A DNA stretch of 64,000 bases from an uncultured virus (IMG/VR IMGVR_UViG_3300046387_001330) (taxonomy: Duplodnaviria > Heunggongvirae > Uroviricota > Caudoviricetes): IMG/VR virus record IMGVR_UViG_3300046387_001330. The stretch is one strand, 5' to 3'. Shown here one piece after another: positions 57,268 to 64,000 of the stretch. The notes beneath the pieces were generated by a model. That model did no database searches, was not told the origin of the DNA, and saw only the letters and a program-made list of their open reading frames with translations. Position 1 is the stretch's first letter. Each line of letters begins with the position of its first letter. Made by a program: the position numbers and the translations under genes.

Positions 57268-57938
57268 TTTACACGCACATAGCATATGCACCAACTGAGT
57301 GTGAAAAAAATTTAGGATGTGCTTACAACAAATTTATGGAAACATTACCAAGTGAAAATGATTGGGCTTGTTTTTTAGACCATGATGCAATGTTTACAAC
57401 ATCAAATTGGTATCTACAACTAAATGACATTATAAAGAAAAATCCAAGTATTGAAATATTTGGTGCGAGAACAAATAGAATAGGACGATCATTTCATTTA
57501 GTAGGTAATATTGATGTAAATAACCATGATATTAAATACCATCGTCAAATTGGAGACTACATACAGAAAAAATGGTATTCTAATTGTTTTGTATTAGAAA
57601 ATGGTAAAACTGAACAAGGTGGGTTTAGTGGAGTTGTTATTTTAATTAAAAAGTCTGCATGGAGAAAAATGGGAGGGTTTTTAGACACTGGTTTTCTCGG
57701 TGTTGATGATAATGTTAGAGCATCGGCAAACAAAAATAATATTAAAATTGCAATTATGAATGGAGTATATGTTTACCATTGGTATCGTGCCGATGATCCA
57801 TATAAAACTTCTAGACCGATATTAAATAAAATACAAAGAAAGTGGTTTTCTAAAAATCAAAAAATATTTGATATAAATAAAATATTTTTGTTTGGTGGTT
57901 ATTTTAAACATTATCTTTTATCAGATGACCGAATATAA
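57264..57938 (+). CDS. GT2-like glycosyltransferase
   Basis: NLGCAYN, ACFLDHDAMF, FSGVVILIKKSAW..MGGF..GVDD, YVYHWY; ATGA overlap. Confidence 0.75.
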   Translation: MIYTHIAYAPTECEKNLGCAYNKFMETLPSENDWACFLDHDAMFTTSNWYLQLNDIIKKNPSIEIFGARTNRIGRSFHLVGNIDVNNHDIKYHRQIGDYIQKKWYSNCFVLENGKTEQGGFSGVVILIKKSAWRKMGGFLDTGFLGVDDNVRASANKNNIKIAIMNGVYVYHWYRADDPYKTSRPILNKIQRKWFSKNQKIFDINKIFLFGGYFKHYLLSDDRI

Positions 57939-57950
57939 TATAAAAAAATT

Positions 57951-57959
57951 ATATTTATA
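57951..57959 (+). promoter_or_regulatory. ATATTTATA motif, candidate late promoter
   Basis: 4 nt before ATG 57964; no SD sequence. Confidence 0.55.
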
Positions 57960-57963
57960 ATAT

Positions 57964-59337
57964 ATGAAAAATATTGCCATACTTACCAGAACATATAATC
58001 GTCCAAATTACTTTAAAAGATGTCGTGAATCGGTAGAAAAATGTGGATTATCGGAAAACCACTATGTAATTTATCAAGAACCGAAAGATGATTACTATTT
58101 AATTGAAAATGATGTCCAACATAAAATATTTATTGATATAAATAAATTAAAAGTAGATGAAAAACCAAATAAAACTGTTGCAAAATATAATTTATTGTTT
58201 AATGAAGCATATTCAAAAATAAAAGAAGAATGGATATTTCACCTTGATGATGATAATTTTTTGCACTCACATGGTTTCGCACCAATAGAAAATTTATTAA
58301 ATTCAGACCATGACTTAATATTTTTTAGATACCGAAATCAAAAATTAAAAAGAACAATTCCAAGTTCAAAGTTTATTAAAAATAAAATAATTAAAAAAAA
58401 TCACATTGATACTTTGTGTTTTATTGTCAAAAAATCTCTTGCTGAAAAGGTAAAATGGGATGGATATAAAGGTGGTGATTACAAGTTTGCAGAAGAAGCA
58501 AATAAATTAGCAAAATCTGTGAAGTGGGTAGATTGTGTAATTGGAAAACGTGATCACCTTGGGTTAGGAAGATCTGATGATAATATCATACAACAAAAAA
58601 AAATAAAAATAAAGATAAAGGAACCAGAGATTAAAAGACTTACTTCAATAAAAAGGCAAAATAGACCGAGTGTGGGTACACTTGTTATGGTAAATTCATG
58701 TGAAAAAGATTCTACACATTTAAAATTATTCAAGGAAAGCAAATTATACAGAGATTTAAAACTTGATGATAATTTTCAGGTTATTGAGTATTATCGTGGT
58801 TCAACCGAAGAAAAAACTGAAAAGAATAAATTGTATTTAGTGGGAACTGAAGATTATTCATTACTACATTACAAGACATACGGTATGATAAAATGGTGTT
58901 ACAAAAATTATCAATTTGATAAAATAGTAAAATTAGATTGTAACTGGATGACATATGATCATGTTGGAGAAAGAACACGTGCTAGATTATGTTCATCTGA
59001 AAAGGTCACTGATCTGTTGTATAATAGACACAATAAAAATTATTTTGGAACAAACGGCAGATATTTTGAAAAAAAAGATTATGTAACCTGGATGGAAAAT
59101 AAAAGAATGCCAAACCAACTAGATTTACCGGATTATATGAATACGAAAACTTGGTATTATTGTGGTAAAGCATATTCAGTAAGTTATGATTTTGCGAAAT
59201 TTATTTCTACTACTGTCGCATCACAAAAAATAGTTGAAGAGCATTCACTTAAAAATGATGACAATTATCATGAATTTGCAGTTGAAGATTTTATGGTTGG
59301 TAGAATGTTTGAAAAATTCTTAAAATCAAAAAAATAG
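57964..59337 (+). CDS. Two-domain glycosyltransferase (GT2 plus GT31-like)
   Basis: ILTRTYNRP, FHLDDDN, IDT, WDG..GGDY; EDYSLLHYKT, VKLD, YYCGKAYSVS, VEDFMVG. Confidence 0.75.
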   Translation: MKNIAILTRTYNRPNYFKRCRESVEKCGLSENHYVIYQEPKDDYYLIENDVQHKIFIDINKLKVDEKPNKTVAKYNLLFNEAYSKIKEEWIFHLDDDNFLHSHGFAPIENLLNSDHDLIFFRYRNQKLKRTIPSSKFIKNKIIKKNHIDTLCFIVKKSLAEKVKWDGYKGGDYKFAEEANKLAKSVKWVDCVIGKRDHLGLGRSDDNIIQQKKIKIKIKEPEIKRLTSIKRQNRPSVGTLVMVNSCEKDSTHLKLFKESKLYRDLKLDDNFQVIEYYRGSTEEKTEKNKLYLVGTEDYSLLHYKTYGMIKWCYKNYQFDKIVKLDCNWMTYDHVGERTRARLCSSEKVTDLLYNRHNKNYFGTNGRYFEKKDYVTWMENKRMPNQLDLPDYMNTKTWYYCGKAYSVSYDFAKFISTTVASQKIVEEHSLKNDDNYHEFAVEDFMVGRMFEKFLKSKK

Positions 59338-59351
59338 GATCTACTACTAAA

Positions 59352-60356
59352 TTGCAATACATAATAACAGAACGTGATGTTGGACTTGCAAGTTTGTTCT
59401 TTCAAGTTATTAATGCATTAAATAGATGTGAGAAAGAAGAACTTGGAACTCCTATTGTTTACTTCAAAAATCAATGTGTCTACTATAATCCCGAGGGTCA
59501 TCAAAACAAAGACAATGTTTGGGAATATTATTTTCGTCCAGTAGATGAAACTGCCGATACATTAATGATTTCTGATAAAAACAAATCGGAAATTGAAAAC
59601 GCATACGAAAACACAGAACCCAAGAAATTAAATAATAGTCGTTTCGTCAAAATAAGTGACGGAAACAAAATGTGTTGTCATTATGGGGATAGAAAAATGG
59701 GACACACAATGATTGTTCCACCACATTTAATTCCCGAAGTTTACGAAGATGGCCATCGTGAAAAAGCAAATGCAATCATCAACAAATACTTTAAACTCAG
59801 AATGTATCTAAATGATAAAATCCATAACTTTTTTGCAGAAAATTTAGCAGACGCAAACAAAGTTCTTGGTGTTCATATTCGTGGAACAGATGCACTTGTA
59901 AATAAAGCAGAGAGGTGGAGAAAGAAATTTGACATTCAAAATTACATAGATTGTATAAAATTATTTACAGAAAAATATAAAGACGAGGGTAAGGTATTTG
60001 TAGCAAGTGATGATGCGAAGTTGTTTAATATTGTTAAAAACGAATTCGATGATCTAATTGTTGATTATGATACATTTCGCCAAGAAGAAGACGATGTAGG
60101 TAAAAGTGGTAATACTACAAAAGGAGATGCAATGATGCCTACCTATTTATGTGATGATGGAGCAAAAGCATCCCAAAATGGAGAAGATGCAATTGCTGAA
60201 ATGTATTTACTAAGCAAGTGTGATTATTTGCTTCACAACGCAAGTGGATTTGCTCATGTTGCTTTGTTATTGAATTCCAAAATGAATCACGTGGATAGTC
60301 AACGTCCGGGTGGTCAAATTTTGTTAAATAATTTTAAGGAGATGATAAATGGATAA
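59352..60356 (+). CDS. NodZ/GT23-like fucosyltransferase
   Basis: GLASLFFQV, NVWEYYFRP, LGVHIRGTD, VFVASDD, GEDAIAEMYLLSKCDYL; TTG start. Confidence 0.8.
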   Translation: MQYIITERDVGLASLFFQVINALNRCEKEELGTPIVYFKNQCVYYNPEGHQNKDNVWEYYFRPVDETADTLMISDKNKSEIENAYENTEPKKLNNSRFVKISDGNKMCCHYGDRKMGHTMIVPPHLIPEVYEDGHREKANAIINKYFKLRMYLNDKIHNFFAENLADANKVLGVHIRGTDALVNKAERWRKKFDIQNYIDCIKLFTEKYKDEGKVFVASDDAKLFNIVKNEFDDLIVDYDTFRQEEDDVGKSGNTTKGDAMMPTYLCDDGAKASQNGEDAIAEMYLLSKCDYLLHNASGFAHVALLLNSKMNHVDSQRPGGQILLNNFKEMING

Positions 60357-61149
60357 TTTTAATATTGAGTCTTTTTTGAGTGAATATAAAAATAAAAAAA
60401 TAATATTAGTATGCAATTCAGGAAATGCAGGTGATGCTTTAATTGCTAAAGGAACTTTTGACCTGTTTGAAAAAATAGGAATTGAATATGAATTTGGTTC
60501 TTGGACAACTAAATACAATAATTCAGAACTATTTTACAGTGGTGGAGGAAATCTGTCGGGTATGTATCCACATTGTAGAAAATTTATTAAAAATAATTTT
60601 AGAAATAACAATATAGTTGTATTACCTCACACGGTACGTGGAGTGTGGAAAATACTTAGAAAGTTTACAAAAAGAGTCAAGATTATTTGTAGGGAAGAAG
60701 TTTCGTATAATCATGTATATAATACAATAAAAAATAAAAATAATGCAATGATTTCGGATGATATGGCATTTCACTGTAATATACCAACTAAATATAAGAA
60801 TATAATCGGTGAAGGTCATGTAAATTGTTTTAGAAAAGCAGGCGAATGTGAATCCCCAAAAAATATTAATTTACCAAATGATAATATTGATTTATCTTTA
60901 ACTTGTGGTGGTGGAGATATGGACTCACACTCGTTTGTAAATGAAATTTTTGAAAATGTAATGCAAGAATTATCAAAGTATAAAACTATCAGCACCAATC
61001 GTTTACATATGGCAATTGGAGGTGCATTGCTTGGAAAACAAGTCAATTTTTATTCAAACAATTATTATAAGTGTAAAGCAGTGTATGAATATTCTTTAAA
61101 AAAGTATTCAAATGTAAAGTGGTGTGGGGATTGCGATTATGAAAATTGA
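60349..61149 (+). CDS. Polysaccharide pyruvyl transferase
   Basis: GNAGDALI, GGGNL, LPHT, CREEVSY, DDMAF, TNRLHMAI. Confidence 0.85.
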   Translation: MDNFNIESFLSEYKNKKIILVCNSGNAGDALIAKGTFDLFEKIGIEYEFGSWTTKYNNSELFYSGGGNLSGMYPHCRKFIKNNFRNNNIVVLPHTVRGVWKILRKFTKRVKIICREEVSYNHVYNTIKNKNNAMISDDMAFHCNIPTKYKNIIGEGHVNCFRKAGECESPKNINLPNDNIDLSLTCGGGDMDSHSFVNEIFENVMQELSKYKTISTNRLHMAIGGALLGKQVNFYSNNYYKCKAVYEYSLKKYSNVKWCGDCDYEN

Positions 61150-61897
61150 TGTAATCATAGGACATTCAAATACACACGATTCCCGTGATCGGAATTTAAA
61201 ATTTATTGTTGCACGATATAGAAAATTGCTTCCGAGTGCAAAAATAACAATCGTTGAGCAAAACACCGAAACAGACCTATCTGAATTAAGTGTTAATCAT
61301 ATACTCAGAAAAACACCTCATCCATTTGATTACAGTCGTGGATATGGATTCAACGAAGGAGCAAAGGTAACTGATGGTGATTATATGATATTCGCAGATA
61401 ATGACATTTTATTACACGAAGACTTGTTGAACAACTTTGAAGAACTTGTGAGTGGATATGATTTTTTTGTTCCTTCGCAAAAATTTCTTAACATTTCACG
61501 TGATGGAACAAAGAAAGTAATTGCAGGTGAAAACTTTGATAAATCGTGGTTGGGTAGAGATAGACCGAGAGTGGCTGCAAATGGTGCGGGAGGAGTCTGT
61601 ATTATGTCTAGGAAAGGTTTTTATGAAGTATATGGATGGGAACCGTCAATTGGGTCTTGGTGTCCTGAAGACGAATTAATGCGAAGTAAAGTGGATACAT
61701 TTGGTTTGAAAATTGGAAGATCACCTTACGATATGTACCATCTTGATCACGATACGAAAGCACATCGTAAACTTGCAAGACTAAACGACAAAAAGCAATG
61801 GAAGGAAATGGTAGAGAGAATATCAGTGTTCAAGCAAATGAACAAACCACAACTTTTAGATCATTATGAAAAAATAGGAGAAGATCATTTTAGATAA
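61139..61897 (+). CDS. GT2 / GT7_C-type glycosyltransferase
   Basis: IVEQ, SRGYGFNEG, IFADND, GGV, GWEP..SWCPED, MYHLDH. Confidence 0.8.
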   Translation: MKIDVIIGHSNTHDSRDRNLKFIVARYRKLLPSAKITIVEQNTETDLSELSVNHILRKTPHPFDYSRGYGFNEGAKVTDGDYMIFADNDILLHEDLLNNFEELVSGYDFFVPSQKFLNISRDGTKKVIAGENFDKSWLGRDRPRVAANGAGGVCIMSRKGFYEVYGWEPSIGSWCPEDELMRSKVDTFGLKIGRSPYDMYHLDHDTKAHRKLARLNDKKQWKEMVERISVFKQMNKPQLLDHYEKIGEDHFR

Positions 61898-62655
61898 TGA
61901 AAGTAAGAAATAAAATAACAAATACATATCCAATTGTATTTCATTTATCTGGTCTTTTTAAGTGGAATCGTCTAGGTCACAGTATACACAATGAGAGTAA
62001 AAAATTAAATCACAAATTTATAAAAATCAGAGAAGATTTAGATTTATGTTTTTTTAGTCATGGATATAATAATAGAAGTATGGTTGAAGAATCATTAAAT
62101 CAGTTTGGATTGTCAATTGTAAATTTAAATGATTATATAAAGTTACCCGAATCAAATACTTTTAATGAGATAAAAGGTGCAAAATTGACTGCACTCAGGA
62201 AATATTTAGATACATCAACAAAAAAATATATAATAGGTCAAGACGCAGGTGATGTATTTTTTATTAAACATCCAAATTTAGTTATAGAATTATTTGAAGA
62301 AAAATTTGATTGCGAGATGCTTTTAAACGGAGAAACTATCGTATTTCCACGTGTTGCAACTAACATTTACAAAAGATTAGATACTCAATTAATATATAAG
62401 GATAACGGTAAAAAGTTTAAATTTTTAAACTCGGGATTATTTGTTGCTAAAGTAAATTTTCTTAAAAAGATAATAGACGAGTTAATTGCTACACCATATA
62501 TTGGTGATGCAAAGGATCAGGGTCAGTTTCAGCAAATATACGAAAAATATTATCCAAAAATACAGGTTGATGTAGATTGTGAGATATTTCAAACCACCGT
62601 ATTTAGGAAAGAAGATCGTGGAAACGATCATAAATTTTTAAAAATAGAGAAATGA
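61897..62655 (+). CDS. PLOD (lysyl hydroxylase)-type glycosyltransferase domain, apparently circularly permuted
   Basis: KLTALR, QDAGDVFF, NGE..FP, FLNSGLFVA, DQ, VDVDCEIFQT; the N-terminus reads VRNKITNTYPIVFHLSG. Confidence 0.7.
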   Translation: MKVRNKITNTYPIVFHLSGLFKWNRLGHSIHNESKKLNHKFIKIREDLDLCFFSHGYNNRSMVEESLNQFGLSIVNLNDYIKLPESNTFNEIKGAKLTALRKYLDTSTKKYIIGQDAGDVFFIKHPNLVIELFEEKFDCEMLLNGETIVFPRVATNIYKRLDTQLIYKDNGKKFKFLNSGLFVAKVNFLKKIIDELIATPYIGDAKDQGQFQQIYEKYYPKIQVDVDCEIFQTTVFRKEDRGNDHKFLKIEK

Positions 62656-63497
62656 ACTACATAAACATACATTTGAAAGGACTCCTCGCAAACCAAATGT
62701 TTTGCGTTTCTGCTTTGTTTGCATATGCTTGGAAACACAACCTCACACCAATTATTAAAAGCAATCAAATATCTCGCAATCACGACAAGGGTAAAGATTC
62801 ATTGTTGAAGGTGTTTCCAAACATACCGTTCAACGATGAATTAGATTTTGAGATAGAGGAATTTTTGGAAGAACCAAAGTCGTTGGGATTCCGTTATCAG
62901 GAAATACCATTCTACCCAAACAAAAATGTTCAAATGCGTGGATTTCGTCAAAGTGAAAAATATTTTGTGGAATACAAAAAAGAAATTCAAAAAATGTTTG
63001 AACCACAGCATGAAGAAAAAGAGTATCTTGAAAACAAATATGCTGATATATTAAAAAATAGTGTGTCACTTCATATTCGCAAGGGTCGTGATAATGCAGA
63101 TACTTATAGTTCTGCTTATTATTGTTTATTTGAGGATTTGAACACATATTATCCGAATGCACTTCGCAAAATTTTACAAATGGATAAGACAATTGATAAC
63201 ATCGTGATATTCTCGGATGCAGTTGATTGGGTAGAAGAAAATCTTGATTTGTCCGAGTTTGATGCCAATGTAACTTTTGTTCGTGGGGAGAAGGATTACA
63301 TGGATATTCATTTAATGAGTATGTGTGAGTATAACATCATTGCAAACTCCACATTCAGTTGGTGGGGTGCTTGGTTGAATTCAAACGACAATAAGGTGGT
63401 AATTGCTCCAACGGAATGGCACCCGTTGCATAAGAAACGAAAGTTTAGTGATGAAGATATAATTTGTGAAGATTGGATTCGTGTGGAGGTAAAATAA
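62652..63497 (+). CDS. GT11 alpha-1,2-fucosyltransferase-like
   Basis: GLLANQMF, GFRQSEKYF, SLHIRKG, IFSD, DIHLMSMC..IIANSTFSWWGAWL. Confidence 0.9.
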   Translation: MNYINIHLKGLLANQMFCVSALFAYAWKHNLTPIIKSNQISRNHDKGKDSLLKVFPNIPFNDELDFEIEEFLEEPKSLGFRYQEIPFYPNKNVQMRGFRQSEKYFVEYKKEIQKMFEPQHEEKEYLENKYADILKNSVSLHIRKGRDNADTYSSAYYCLFEDLNTYYPNALRKILQMDKTIDNIVIFSDAVDWVEENLDLSEFDANVTFVRGEKDYMDIHLMSMCEYNIIANSTFSWWGAWLNSNDNKVVIAPTEWHPLHKKRKFSDEDIICEDWIRVEVK

Positions 63498-64000
63498 TGG
63501 ATAATATATTAAAATTTTCAGATTTATTTGATGCTATAATTTGTATTTGTATGGAATCAGAAGAGCACAAGTGGGTCAATCAATGCGTTCCTCAGTTTAA
63601 AAAATTGGGAATAAATGTCGATGATGTAATACGGCATCCAGGTGGTGACAAGTCTGAGTTTAAAGGATCGCATGGTTGTTGTGTCGCACATTACAATGTT
63701 CTTAAATTTTGTAAAGAAAAAAAATTTAAAAGACCTTTGATATTAGAAAGTGATTTTTGGGTTACAAAAAAATATAATTTAAATAATATTGTAAATGCGT
63801 TTAATTTTTTGGATAATTTAGAATGGAATGTTATGTCGTTGGGTGGTAAACTTAAATCAAAAAATCCAAAACTTATTTCAAATTCTCTTTTAAAAGCACC
63901 GTCTGAATATACTCATGCCATTGTCTACAATGGAAATCATATTAATCATTTGCTAAAAACTGTAGAAAAAATGCTTAGAATAAAACCAAATCTTAATATA
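63497..64000 (+). CDS. GT25-like glycosyltransferase (partial, runs off the window)
   Basis: Absent from the ORF track; manual translation MDNILKFSDLFDAIICICME..GCCVAHY..LILESDF..WNVMSLGG..THAIVYNG, with TAATG coupling. Confidence 0.75.
   Translation, partial: MDNILKFSDLFDAIICICMESEEHKWVNQCVPQFKKLGINVDDVIRHPGGDKSEFKGSHGCCVAHYNVLKFCKEKKFKRPLILESDFWVTKKYNLNNIVNAFNFLDNLEWNVMSLGGKLKSKNPKLISNSLLKAPSEYTHAIVYNGNHINHLLKTVEKMLRIKPNLNI

Noticed and set aside
646..63192. Numerous short minus-strand and alternate-frame ORFs in the track
   Set aside because: All lie within longer + strand genes with recognisable motifs, and read as shadow translations.
1..64000. CRISPR arrays, tRNA/rRNA genes, IS elements, introns/inteins, diversity-generating retroelement
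   Set aside because: Intergenic gaps are all under ~60 nt, and I saw no spaced direct repeats, transposase, reverse transcriptase or intein motifs. Differences among the repeats are not adenine-specific as far as I could see.
1..64000. Alternative genetic code (stop-codon recoding as in some jumbo phages)
   Set aside because: The standard code gives near-complete coding density, and TAA, TGA and TAG all end genes at sensible positions (TAG at 56518 and 59337).
25965..64000. Ordinary bacterial capsule/O-antigen locus
   Set aside because: No flippase, polymerase, chain-length regulator, exporter or initiating phosphoglycosyl transferase in 38 kb, plus a high redundancy of small paralogs. Not fully excluded without flanking sequence.
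1..64000. Eukaryotic giant virus (NCLDV) origin
   Set aside because: Several families are shared with NCLDVs, but overlapping start/stop codons, GTG/TTG starts and SD motifs point to prokaryotic translation. Disfavoured rather than excluded.

Overview
An AT-rich, gene-dense 64 kb segment in which every credible gene is on the + strand. Genes are tightly packed, with ATGA/GTGA/TAATG overlaps and occasional GGAG ribosome-binding sites, and no introns, housekeeping genes or RNA genes are visible. It most resembles the late region of a very large prokaryotic virus (jumbo phage-like). This is an inference, because no capsid, terminase or polymerase gene lies in the window. There are two blocks. 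(1) Positions 1-25.9 kb hold six complete modular, putative virion-appendage genes (up to ~3600 aa) built from FG-GAP-like propeller, LamG, DUF285/BspA-type repeat, glycine-rich, RCC1-like, Pro/Thr-linker, EF-hand/dockerin-like and cohesin-like modules. (2) Positions 25.9-64 kb, continuing past the edge, hold 43 consecutive genes, mostly for glycan synthesis or decoration: 13 sulfotransferase genes, about 19 recognisable glycosyltransferase genes, a GDP-mannose 3',5'-epimerase-like enzyme, a CMP-nonulosonate synthetase, a pyruvyl transferase, SGNH proteins and a nucleotidyltransferase-phosphatase-kinase fusion, plus one embedded GHKL/MORC-like ATPase. No flippase, polymerase or exporter is present. 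Main hypotheses: a virus-encoded sulfated glycan coat for Pro/Thr-rich appendage proteins, a cohesin/dockerin-like assembly system for those appendages, a LamG domain split between two paralogous proteins, a circularly permuted PLOD-type glycosyltransferase, and a recurrent ATATTTATW promoter-like motif. All family calls come from motif recognition by eye, not database searches.
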